A DNA stretch of 64,000 bases, taken from the NCBI GenBank assembly GCA_964035545.1, contig OZ037767.1, positions 15,690,998 through 15,754,997 of the forward strand, read 5' to 3'. Position numbers and translations under genes: made by a program. The notes below the pieces were generated by a model that was given only the letters and a program-made list of their open reading frames with translations, was not told where the DNA came from and ran no database searches. The stretch is from Bugula neritina. Lineage: Eukaryota > Animalia > Bryozoa. Of the stretch, positions 1 to 11,888 are shown one piece after another. How positions within the stretch are numbered: position 1 is the stretch's first letter; every line of letters starts with the position of its first letter.

Positions 1-156
1 CAGATAGAGCTGGCATCTTTTCACGCTGTTATTGCCTTGAGATTGATCTGAGTTTGATCTCCATAGACCGACCAGCTCAGATCGACTGAGATCGATCTTT
101 GGCATCTTTACATGGATTGATCCATGGAAAGCTGGTGAATGACAGAAGTGAAATAT

Positions 157-566
157 TGTGATAGATTTTAGTGGTGCAATCATTATTGTTATTAATCGAA
201 ACGGTTCACTCTATACTGTTTATTATATTGTAAGTTCGACTACATCAGCATGTAGCTATGGACAGCAGTGGCACCACTAGTAACCACCAATCAGGACAGG
301 CACACTAATTGATAGCAGATGGAGCTAGCTATTCGTAGTTGCAGTGCTCTGAGTAGCTAGCTGGCAGAGCAGCTTGGGACTTCATTTAGAGTGGTTGTGT
401 ATTGAAGCTCACTAATTATGTAATCGTTTTCTATTCATGTTAGCAGTAAATAACCTTCTTGTATTCGTGTAAATAATAAAGTTATCTTAGCGTAAACAAC
501 CTGGTGTAGTGGCTTTGTTTAAGTTGACCCACACATAATAATAGTGAACTGGCAAAATTCACTACA
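157..566 (+). mobile_element. Solo LTR (410 bp) of a Gypsy-type element
   Basis: Starts TGTGATAGATTTT, ends AAAATTCACTACA (TG..CA, imperfect terminal IR). Flanked by ATAT on both sides (153-156, 567-570). Internal CCAATCAG and AATAAAGTTATC resemble the LTR of the element at 29115. Confidence 0.75.
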
Positions 567-936
567 ATATTCCTGAGTACACATTTAATCAAAGAGAGTG
601 TCAATAATAGTTACTGCATGTAGACTTTGCTCCTGGTAAGTTGATTAGAATAATTTACATTACCGTTCTTTTTACTTAAGTGATGGAAAATTTTTATCTA
701 GAGAGCAACCCTGATTGAAAACTGAATTTATCTAAAGTTTGTTACTTCAAGTACTATACAAATATTATTAGTAGGTTGGCATTTCTTATCTTACCTTATG
801 TGTGTTTAATATAAATATAAAACTTGAGATAAACATTCTCATGTGATATAATGTAGTCTGGAGTTATATCACATGACTGGACGATTTCTTCTAGAGTTAG
901 GGTGGGTTACCTGACAGCCCACACATATATAACCTA

Positions 937-3511
937 CACAGTTGGTTTAAGGTCATACTTTTCATTTTCTGGCTCTTTGCCAGGTGCTTTATGTTCTATA
1001 TGAACAATGTTCCACTGATAGCTCGAACAGGTTGAATGTCACAAGAACAAAAAAAATATGAAAAGATAAAAAAACTTATGTTCTCCAATATACTTTTTTA
1101 TTTTTTTCAAAAGCCAATTCATGTTTAAGTTATAGCTTGTTGAAAAACATAGTCCCCCTTCCACATTCTTTTCAATTTATACGCTCCTGACTTGTTATTG
1201 TGTCTCAATATGCCTTGTATTTGAGTGCTTGTTAGTCTCGCTTCACTAACTTTGCCTATACTTCACAAGTGCCAGTGCTGCTGGCTCAAAAGCTAAATGT
1301 TATAAACTGTCAGCTAAAACCCAATCTTGTATTCCTAGGTTGGTTGGCCTAAATAAAACAATAGTCAAATCATGATTTCATGTTTTAAAAATTTACTCTA
1401 TTCTAACCTGCTGCCTAGCTAGTTCTATTTTTGATGTATAATTACAAAATTTGTGATACATTTTTTTGGCAACCATGTAATTTATAAAATGCAGTAATGG
1501 TACTTATAATATTATATTATTATCACTATAATATATTATATAGTATTATGTGTGTTTTTATTATCCTGCATAGTATCTAATTTATTATTGTTGTTGTGCA
1601 AACAAGTGCAATTAACCTAGTTTTCAAAATGTACCTCTAAATTATCAGAATATCAGTTTAGATATTTTCATGCTTTGTAAGGTAAACCTAAAAAAAGAGG
1701 CTGTATTCCCAAAGTAAAGGGTGTTGAACTATGAACTATATTAGATTAGCCACTCTGCTACCAAGTGCATCAGTATAATATTATATGAATAGCTCTGATG
1801 CTTTGTCTCCGGTGGCTGGCTGCGATATGATAACTTGGCCAACTTCCAAGAGTTTAAAATTGGCGCAATTATTCAAGAGGTTACATACTGCACAGAGCTA
1901 GCAGTGATAGTAACCTTGCTATTGGCAGTACTTATTACAACTGCCAGCATATAAGCTGCATTGTAGAATGCCGTTGGGGCAGGCTAGTAAAACCAAATTC
2001 TGCTCTCTAATATACCTTAGACAAAATGCAGCAACATAATTTTTAGTTTCAAATTACATTTGCCACCCTTACATGAGCTGTGGGCTTCATAAAGATTCAT
2101 ATGATTAGAGATTTATGCTATAGGCCCTATCTGTGCTAGTGTATGATGAAAATAACACACCATTGTCAAAGTTAACTTCAAGTATGTTGTTTTCCAGAAA
2201 CTCAGTAATGTCCATTTATCTCTCGCATACAAATACTTATGTAATACCATACAGTTTAAGTTTTATTTTAGAGCACATCTGCAAACTCTACAATAAGAGC
2301 TTGCTTTACCAGTCTATTTCAGACCTGTTTTTGTAGCTAGTAATACGCAAGCTACTTATTTTTAAACTTTTGGGTTATTTGTTCAAAACCATTAGCTTTG
2401 CTAGTAACCCGATACTATTGCAACAGTTGACTGCTATCAACATGAATTGACAGCCTAATAATTATAACCCTTTTGCGCGCGAAATATTTATGTAATGATA
2501 GTTACTCATATAGTGCGCATGTTATTATCGATGACTGCGTGGTCTAGAGGTTAGAGGCGTCGGCGAGGAGTTAGTTGGTTATGGTTCAACCCTGTTTTGT
2601 TGCAATTTTTTTTGTCAACTTATGCAAATCCTACGCATGTATAATAAATATGGCTATAATTGTAAAGTTTTTTTTAACTTTTGTTCAACAGTAAGACAAC
2701 ATACATGCATAATAATTAAATACTGAACACTAGACTAAACCCTAAATTGATCTTATAGAATACAATGTACTTAAAATAATCATATGTGAATTAGAGAAAC
2801 TGAAAGTGCACCTGCTGCTCTATAGACAGACCTTTACTGACAAGACTGCAAAGTGAAGTGATTTAGCTGAAATTAACTCTGCCAAACAAACAAAGAATTA
2901 TGTTGTGCTGAGGCATTTTCAATATATTATTGTAACATAGTGAGATGATTCAGCTAAGTGCTAATGTAAAACAGGGAACATTATATTGGCAGAAATCCAA
3001 TAGACTGCCAATTTGTGCGAGAGGGTACTATATGTTATTGTGATAGCGCAGAGCGGCAAACGTACTAGGAATGTTATAATTAGTCACAGGAGCGTAGCTA
3101 GAACCACCATATGAAGAATTTAGAAAATTGCAGTGAAACTTGCAAAATGGTGTATGTTTTTACCAAATTGTGAAGAGCATAAACAGAATTTCAAAAAACA
3201 AAGAAAGTATATTAGAGAAAACATATCAAGGAATGTCAAGTTTAACTTTTATACTTTATAAAATGAATCCCCTGTGCTACAGCAGTGGAACATGGAGGGT
3301 GTAAAATTTTACTTATTATGCAACAACTTTCTCAAAAAATTTTTTATTGAAAAATTAAAAAAGTATATGAAAGAGGAATGCAAGAGCTATCTTTTCATGT
3401 AAAATTTGTTAATGTGAGACAAAAACTGTTCGAGCTATCCCCTGGAAACCGTTTATATATAACATAAAGCAGTGCCTGAATCTGGAAAGTAATGACCTTA
3501 AACCAACTGTG
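937..3511 (+). mobile_element. Non-autonomous DNA transposon, ~2.57 kb, CACAG termini (CMC/EnSpm-like), copy E1
   Basis: 20-bp TIRs CACAGTTGGTTTAAGGTCAT / ATGACCTTAAACCAACTGTG; near-identical to the full copy at 38604-41169; no transposase ORF. Confidence 0.9.
2533..2600 (+). mobile_element. tRNA-derived (SINE-head-like) segment inside the DNA transposon; also at ~40190-40255
   Basis: A-box-like TGGTCTAGAGG and B-box-like GGTTCAACCC at tRNA spacing. Confidence 0.55.
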
Positions 3512-5674
3512 AATCTAATATAGTTCATAGTTCAACACCCTTTACTTTGGGGATACAGCCTCTTTTTTTAGGTTTACCTAACAAAGCATGAAAATATCTA
3601 AATTGATATTCTGATAATTTAGAGGTACATTTTGAAAACTAGGTTAGTTGCACTTGTTTGCACAACAACAATAATAAAATATATATTATGCAGTATAATA
3701 AAAACACACTTAATACTACATAATATATTATATTGATAATAATATAATATTATAAATACTATTACTGCATTTTATATCTCGGATGGTTTCCAAAAAAATG
3801 TATCACAAATTCTGTAATTATACATAAAAAAAACTAGCTAGGCAGCAGGTTAGAATTGAGTAAATTTTTAAAACATGAAATCATGATTTGAATATTGTTT
3901 TATTTAGATTTTAGGCCAACCAACCTAGGAATACTAGATCGGGTTTTAGCTGACAGTTTATAACATTTAGCTTTTGAGCCAGCAGCACCAGCACTTGTGA
4001 AGTATAGGCAGAGTTAGTGAAGCGAGACTAACGAGCACTCAAATACAAGGCATAATGAGATATACAATAACAAGTCAGGATCGTATAAATTACAAAGAAT
4101 GTGGAAGGGGGACTATGTTTTTCAACAAGCTATAACTTAAACATGAATTGGCTTTTGAAAAAAATAAAAAAGTATATTGGAGAACATAAGTTTCTTTACC
4201 TTTTCATATTTTTTTTGTTCTTGTGACATTCAACCTGTTCGAGCTATCAGTGGAACATTGTTCATATAGAACATAAAGCACCTGGCAAAGAGCCAGAAAC
4301 TGAAAAGCATGACCTTAAAGTAACTGTGTTAGCCACTCTGCTACCAAGTGCATCAGTATAATATTATACGAATAGCTTTGATGCTTTGTCTCCGGTGGCT
4401 GGCTGCAATATGATAACTTGGCCAACTTCCAAGAGTTTAAAATTGGCGCAATTATTCAAGAGGTTACATACTGCACAGAGCTAGCAGTGATAGTAACCTT
4501 GCTATTGACAGTACTTATTACAACTGCCAGCATATAAGCTGCATTGTAGAATGCCATTGGGGTAGGCTAGTAAAACCAAATTCTGCTCTCTAATATACCT
4601 TAGACACAATGCAGCAACATAATTTTTAGTTTCAAATTACATTGCCACCCTTACATGAGCTGTTGGCTTCATAAAGATTCATATGATTAGAGATTTATGC
4701 TATAGGGCATAGGCCCTACCTGTGCTAGTGTATGATGAAAATAACACACCGTTGTCAAAGTTAACTTCAAGTATGTTTGTCAACTTATGCAAATCCTACG
4801 CATGTATAATAAATATGGCTATAATTGTAAGTTTTTTTTAACTTTTGTTCAACAGTCAGACAACATACACGCATAATAATTAGATACTGAACACTGGGCT
4901 ATACCTTAAATTGATCTTGTAGAATACAATATACTTAAAATAATCATATGTGAATTAGAGAAACTGAAAGTACACCTGCTGCACTATAGACAGACCTTTA
5001 CTGACAAGACTGCAAAGTGAAGTGATTTAGCTGAAATTAACTCTGCCAAACAAACAAGGAATTATGTTGTGCTGAGGCATTTTCAATAGGTTGTAACATA
5101 GTGAGATGCTTCAGCTAAGTGCTAATGTAAAACAGGGAACATTATATTGGCAGAAATCCAATAGATTGCCAATTTGTGCGAGAGGGTACTATATGTTATT
5201 GTGATAGCGCGCAGAGTGGCAAACGTACTAGGAATGTTATAATTAGTCACAGGAGCGTAGCTAGAACCACCATATGAAGAATTTAGAAAATTGCAGTGAA
5301 ACTTGTAAAATGGTGTATGTTTTTACCAAATTGTGAAGAGCATAAACAGAATTTCAAAAAACAAAGAAAGTATATTAGAGAAAACATATCAAGGAACGTC
5401 AAGTTTAACTTTTAGACTTTATAAATTGAATCCCCTGTGCTACAGCAGTGGAACATGGAGGGTGTAAAATTTTACTTATCATGCAACAACTTTCTCAGAA
5501 ATTTTTTTATTGGAAAATCAAAAAAGTCTATGAAAGAGGAATGCAAGAGCTATCTTTTCATGTAAAATTTATTAGTGTGAGACAAAAACTGTTCGAGCTA
5601 TCCCCTGGAAACCGTTTATATATAACGTAAAGCAGTGCCTGAATCTGGAAAGTAATGACCTTAAACTAACTGTG
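3512..5674. mobile_element. Rearranged second copy (E2) of the same transposon: inverted left arm 3512-4328 plus right arm 4329-5674 with an internal deletion
   Basis: 3512-4328 is the reverse complement of 937-1747, ending in TIR ...CCTTAAAGTAACTGTG. 4329-5674 matches 1746-3511 minus ~2190-2612, ending ...CCTTAAACTAACTGTG. TT is duplicated at the internal breakpoint. Confidence 0.9.
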
Positions 5675-8420
5675 AAAGTTCAGAGCTTCTCAGCTCTATG
5701 TAGTGCTTTAATCAGCTATATACCACCTGAAAAAATAAAGCTGTTTGTATTTTGTAATTTAAGAATACAATATTCCACTATAAAATGAATAAAGTTTGTT
5801 ACTAACTTACTGTTGTAGCATTTACGAAGTGAACTTACTGAAAAAGCTTATAACAATGCCCACATACAACAAAATTTTTCATTTATAGATTTTTCCTCAT
5901 TATTCCCATGTTGAAAACTTTGTTCTTACAGTTCAAAGTGTCTGCAACTTAAGAGATATACTTATAATATTTACTTTGCAATTATTAAGTAACATGAAGT
6001 GTGTTATAGCAGCAAGATCGTCGGATATAGAAAACTGGTAAAGTGTATAACAAATAAATACGGAATACGAGGATAATTCATGCTATTTGTGTCATAAAAA
6101 GTATGAAAAATCTATATTCATGTTAATAGTGACAGTAAATATTTGAATGCCTGATAATGTTCAACTTTGTCAAATATTTCATGCTAATAGATGATAAAAA
6201 GTTGGTATCATAATTTCATTGTGATTCTCCAGCTGTTATGATAAACATGTTGTGTAACTGAGAGTGGGCGAATAATTTCAATGCATCTTGTCATAATAGA
6301 TATACCAAGTAATGAGAAACAACTAGAAACTTGATATCTTTATGTATTATTTGTTTCAACAATAATCTAAAATAATGTAAATATTTAATATTTATATTAT
6401 TTTATATGTCAATGTTATAACACGATTATAATAGTAATTATATATTGATAATCATAATAATATGTTTTGCTTATAAACACCACCTATAGCAAAAATATAG
6501 AAACTCCATTTTAAAGCAGCATATCCATACAATGTAGCACAATTTATCCCGATTCATTCTAAATTATAAACAGATCTTATTCAACAGAAACTAGTATACG
6601 AGTTGTTGAAATGTTACATAAAGTAACATATTGTTAAAAACATCAAAATATATCATTCATTATTATACATGTCGACTAAAATTAATTCATGAAAATATCT
6701 ATAAAAAATTATTTTGCTACAAAAACTTGTTTAAAATACTACCTGAAGTGAAATTAAAACTAATTATACAATTTATAATATTGTGCGACTTAAAGCTTGC
6801 AGTATATATTGGATGTAGGATGTTTGCGATTTGTAATCAATTAGATTTCTCCGTTTACTTTGCGATTCATTAACAATACGATCTATTTTTCCAAACAAGC
6901 TGCATCCTTATGTTTGAAAATAGATTCATAAAATAAACATATAGTCTAGGCCTTTTAGAATAAGGCTGGAGTAGTTTTGTATTTTGCATAGGCAAACCAA
7001 GTTGTGTATCTTACATATGTGCAAACTAATTAAAGTATTTTGCATTCTAAAATAAATCTTTACCCTAGAAATAAAGGTTATTACAAACTCAAAGCCAATC
7101 TACTGCATGGTTAAAGGTTGAATTGGCTAGACATAGTAATAATGAAATATTGCCAGCTAAGGCTTAGTAAGATATGCTTTGCTTCAAGTAGCTTCGTAAG
7201 ATTTGAAATATGAAAAACATGTTCGTTAACTTAAAAATTTTTAAAAGGTCAATTTCAATAGGCTATAGTTTATTATATCTGTTTTTTATATCTAAACTAA
7301 AAAGTTATGTTTTAAATCACAATGTGAATATTTTATATTTTTATATTTTGCTTTAATTTTATCTATTCAAAACTTTTTATTCTAAATATTATTTTTTTAA
7401 ATAGTTTTGTCTGTTATTTCAAACTTTTTTTTACAAAACATTGACTAATTTAGTTGTATAATTTAAGCGCTTCTGCAACTCTGGCTGTGTTGGCATCTGG
7501 TGGACACTCTCAACCAGCTGATTGTTTGTTACAAGGACTCTAGGAACAGAGCGTTACCCATAGCATTTTCAACTCATTTGATGACCGTAGAGCTTTGTAT
7601 TGGCTACTGCACTATACAAGGTAAATCTTTTTGTAACTGTTTTCAGAAATAACTACAGTATACCAAAATATTGTGTAAGAACCTATTATACCTGATAATG
7701 ATGTTGATTCTTTGAAAGCGTTTATTTTTAATTTTCATCGATTTCAGTATTCTTCCATTTTAACACGACAAAGGCATATATAAGCTTGAATCTGCCAATT
7801 GTAGCTGAACTATAAAGAATTTGTGTTTTGTGATTTAGCGTGTTGTTATATTTATGAAGATCGATTAGTAATTTACTAATTTCAGGGCAGCCATATGCAG
7901 GAGTACAATCTACTGACCAGTGTTACTGTGGTGTTGAATACAACAAACATGGTGAAGTAGGGGAAACTGAGTGTCGTAGAGCATGCAGAGGGACCAGTAG
8001 TCAAATGTGTGGTGGAACATGGAGGAACAGTATCTACAAGACTTTCCCAGGTATAATGTGATTGGTTTATAAACAGTTGTCCTTCAAATCAATTGTGATT
8101 GTTTCCATGTATAATAAACTATGATATACAGATTATTCAGCTATATATAATATATAAATCAATTATTTCTCTAAATGTATTAAAACCTGCGAAGCTAAAT
8201 CTCTAGTTCACAGAAACACCATCACTGTCAGCTTTGAGTGCAGCAACAATTGCATACCTGTTGTTGTGGATGGACAACAGCTGTTTGTAAACAACAGAAA
8301 ACTGAAGAAATTTAGAGCGAGTAGCGGCCATGTTGGATTAGTAGATGTTGTGGTGGCTGATCTGGACACTGACCTTGACCTCATATCCGCCACATCAACT
8401 GAGAATAATTTCATTGTCGA
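5675..8420 (+). repeat. Segmental duplication, paralogous to 38226-38603 + 41170-42920 + ~45200-45440
   Basis: Collinear high similarity from AAAGTTCAGAGCTT through intergenic DNA, WSC exons and part of the large exon. Confidence 0.9.
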
Positions 8421-8682
8421 CAGCATAACTTCTCAAACTTTTTACCACATGAGTCATCCAAAGCATAAAAGATTCTCAGCGTTATCTGATCGCATGTGTA
8501 GCAGTAAATCTGTTAAGGTTTTCAAACAGCTCTCAATAGAATCATGTGCCTACGCTTGCAGTGTGCAATATGAAGATTGTGCAGCATTTTCAATAACCTC
8601 TAAAGCTGAATGTTATATTCATAATGAGGTTTTAGTTGTGTTCAAAAATTATTCAAGTTCTACTTGCTATGTGCCCGTTTAG
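7467..8682 (+). pseudogene. WSC / PAN-apple secreted-protein paralogue A (internally deleted)
   Basis: Exon 7467-7620 (LLQLWLCWHLV..CYKDSRNRALP..MTVELCIGYCTIQG) and exon 7886-8050 (QPYAGVQSTDQCYCG..CRRACRGTSSQMCGGTWRNSIY) form a WSC domain with phase-1 GT-AG joins. The 5' part and acceptor of the last exon are deleted at ~8180. The C-terminus (SIESCAYAC..CAAFS..CYIHNE) is PAN/apple-like. No ATG at the expected start. Confidence 0.8.
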
Positions 8683-9500
8683 AATTTATCTATAGATTTG
8701 AACCTAATTTTTACAGTAATATATTGAAATGTTCTTTTTAATATCTTCAAACAAAAGTTTCATTTTGTTCTTTTGTAATATCTTTTTATATACATTTGAG
8801 CTAACTGCGCATAACTCTAAATATTCAGCTATATAATATATAAATCTGATTTTGTATTCCAGTTATATTGGTAATCAACACTTGTCATACAACATTCAAA
8901 TTCAATAAATAGTATTATGTAATGCATCTGGCATGGAATATAAATATTATTCTGAATTTTGAGCTTTTTGTAAACTATCTGAATATTTTCTACTGATCTT
9001 TTTTATTAAAAAATAGAAATAGATTTGTTTGAGTAACAATGACGCATCTTTGGTTTAACAATGCACGTATATATCATACTATATATAGTCCCTTATGATC
9101 TTATTCAAGTAGGGTGCAGATTTAATTGTTGGCGAATAACTCATGTGAGAGATTCTTTTATTTATGTTTAATATAATGTAACAGCTAATACTATTCTACA
9201 AAATACAAAACTACACCCCTAAGACTAGCAAATAAACAGCTCTATAATATCTTCAGACATCCTTCACTAAATTAATAAAATCTACACACTTTACTATAGA
9301 GAGCCTTTAATCATTTTTTGTTTGTTTTTGATGTTTACTAAGCAAGGATTTAAAACAAAAAATAAAGGAAGTTTTACTTAAAACCGCTGGCTTAAAAAAA
9401 TTAAGTTTGGAAAAATATAGCAGCAAACAAAACAGCAAAATAAACAGAACAAGAGTAAACAACAATGAGACACTAAACATAACTTCCATATAAGATATAT

Positions 9501-9807
9501 TGTGGTGGCTCGTGGAGCTACCAGCAGCACGGTACGCAGGGTCACATAATTGACTCGGAACAATGACAGCCAATTAGCGGCTTTAATAGTTAGTAGCAGT
9601 AGTAGTTTTCCCGCTGTTAGTCAGTCGAAGTTAGAGTGCTGAATAATCTAGATGTGTGAAATTATTAGATGTGTTTTTATAGTTTTTGTAATGTGTTATT
9701 GTGTTTAAAATATATACTCGTTCACTCGACTTATCCTGGTGAAGTTCTCTAGCAAGTAATTAGACTCTCTGAATTGCATATCAACCCTAATTCTGAAAAT
9801 CATAACA
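9501..9807 (+). repeat. 5' LTR of element 1
   Basis: TGTGG...TAACA; direct repeat of 18172-18478. Confidence 0.97.
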
Positions 9808-9808
9808 G

Positions 9809-9826
9809 TGGTGGCAGCGGTGGGAT
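9809..9826 (+). promoter_or_regulatory. Primer binding site, tRNA-Leu
   Basis: TGGTGGCAGCGGTGGGAT is complementary to the 3' end of eukaryotic tRNA-Leu (..ATCCCACCGCTGCCA-CCA); 1 nt after the LTR. Confidence 0.9.
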
Positions 9827-9840
9827 AGTGCACATCCAAG

Positions 9841-10794
9841 ATGGAGACTGAAAACGCTGGAATGCAACCACCTGCAGTAGAAGGTGAGCGTAGAGACAAT
9901 GCTGTAGGGACAATGCCTGTCAACCATGTAGTAGAAGAGCGAAGGGTTCCGCGGGAACTAACTGAAGACCGCTACCGGTTAAAGGCGCTCACCTTCATGG
10001 GTGAAGAAGAGGTGGAGCAATTCATCCAAGAGTTTAGCGACGTAATGGACGTCGCCCAGTGCCCCCCTAGGGTGGCCCTGCTGAAGCTTAGAATGGCATT
10101 GATGGACAAAGCCAAGCCTTATGGACTGGGAGTAGACATCGATAATATCTTTGCTTCTCTGCCGGCCCGCTTCGGCCTCTCTGCTACAGATGCCCGGGCC
10201 CGACTACAAAGGCTGCGGCGTGATCCCCGCACCCCGCTACGGGAACATGCCGCCGCGGTCATGAAGCTGGCACAGATCACGTACAGCGACTTGCCCCCAG
10301 CCAACTGCGAGAGGTATACCCTTGACGCTTTCATAGCATCTGTCGACGATCTGGGTCTCAACCACCAGTTTCTAGCTAGGGGAGTCACCACCGTTGAGGA
10401 TGCTCTGACAGAGGGGGAAGCTTACCTCCTAGCCAATCAGATGCATAAAAGTCGCGGGAACTCCCGTCAAGTGGAGGTAGACCGCGCGGACACGGCAGCG
10501 GGACGAGAGGAGGAAACCTCCGCGACGGCTGCCGTGGCTCAGTTAGCGACGGCATCGAAAGTCACTCAACTGACTGACATGCTGGCCAAACTGATAGCAA
10601 CACTGACACCCCAAGCCCCAGTAGGTACCGCCGCTGAGCCCGTACGGCCACCGGCGCCGCCACCGTGGGAAACGGTCAGTTTTTGCTGGGAATGCGGGAA
10701 TCAAGGACATTTCCGCAGGTACTGTCCCTTCCTAACTCCGGGGTTAAACTACCGCGGCCCGCAGATGTTCCCACCTTTTGCGGGCCGACGATGA
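9841..10794 (+). CDS. gag: Gag, 317 aa, with CCHC zinc knuckle
   Basis: Intact ORF directly after the PBS; CWECGNQGHFRRYC knuckle near the C-terminus. Confidence 0.92.
   Translation: METENAGMQPPAVEGERRDNAVGTMPVNHVVEERRVPRELTEDRYRLKALTFMGEEEVEQFIQEFSDVMDVAQCPPRVALLKLRMALMDKAKPYGLGVDIDNIFASLPARFGLSATDARARLQRLRRDPRTPLREHAAAVMKLAQITYSDLPPANCERYTLDAFIASVDDLGLNHQFLARGVTTVEDALTEGEAYLLANQMHKSRGNSRQVEVDRADTAAGREEETSATAAVAQLATASKVTQLTDMLAKLIATLTPQAPVGTAAEPVRPPAPPPWETVSFCWECGNQGHFRRYCPFLTPGLNYRGPQMFPPFAGRR
10743..10787 (+). promoter_or_regulatory. -1 ribosomal frameshift signal (G TTA AAC plus stem-loop)
   Basis: pol is in the -1 frame. Heptamer 10743-10749, 5-nt spacer, then stem CGGCCCGCA(10755-63)/TGCGGGCCG(10779-87). 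Heptamer conserved in element 2. Confidence 0.75.
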
Positions 10795-11888
10795 AACCTC
10801 CAGGGAAAAAGAAACGCAGGTCGCCCAGACGGGTGCCGGGTGCTGGTGACCCAAGATGGCAACAGCCGCGACGGATCAGCAAGGGGCTCCGCCCCGCCGC
10901 TACCTTTTCCATGCCCCTCCACAATCGATTCGACGGGCTACCAGCCCAAGAATCTATATGGGAGCCAGCAAAGGTAGCCGGAAATCTAGCCTCGGCACCT
11001 CCGAGGCCCACTTACCAACATCCCAAGAGGCCTCCCTCGCCATCCAAGGCGAGGGAGGTACTCCCTGCAAGAGTAAGGCCTGAAGAGAGAGTTCAGGTGC
11101 AGCCCCATGGGAACAGCTATTTCTTGCCCGGTAAATTGGAAGGCAAAGCTGTTACTTTTCTCATTGATTCGGGCTGTACCACGAACCTCCTAAGCCGCCA
11201 ACTCTTCGACACCCTCAGTACTAGGGTCAGGGGCGAGATGGAACCATACGAGGGGGAGTATGGCACCCTAGCTGACGGGTCATGCCTTCCCTTCTATGGT
11301 ATAATTGAGTTGACGGGACGAGTCCGTGATCAAACGATCCAAGAGACGTTTATCGTCAGTCAGCTCAAGGAGGACGCCATCCTCGGGATGCCATTCCTAA
11401 AACGGCACGGATGTCACATCGACTTTAGTAAATCTGCGATGGTGATGTCCGGGCGAGAACTCGCCTGCGTCGACAAGTTCGGCCGCCCTTTAGTAGGAGG
11501 TGTGCAGGTGGTACGTAACTGTACCATACCAGGCCGCTCCCAAGCTACCATTCACTGTAGGGTGAACAGTAGCCGGATCTTTGGACTCGGGGTAGTCGTG
11601 GGCACGCACGAAAGGGTCCAACTTGCCAGCAGTCTGAACCAACTGACTGAGCAAGGGGAGATTTTAGTGCAGTGTGTCAACCCCTTTACCGAGTCTGTCA
11701 AGCTTCCGGCTGGGTCTATGCTGGGCCGGTTTCACTTCGTTCAGGAGGAGGACGTGGGCCCGTCGCTGGGTGATGCGACGGAGGCACCCCCTCAACACCC
11801 TACTCAAAGGCGAGGAACAGTCCCAACACATATCCGAGAGTTATATGAAACAGCCTGTGGTGGCTGCGCGAGTAACAAGGAACGCCAA

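Noticed and set aside
937-956. CACAG ends as RAG/Transib RSS-like signals
   Set aside because: TSDs are 2 bp rather than 5 bp, no nonamer and no RAG-like ORF.
9307-9573. Hydrophobic minus-strand ORF spanning the LTR junction
   Set aside because: Chimera of LTR and T-rich flank; hydrophobicity follows from base composition.
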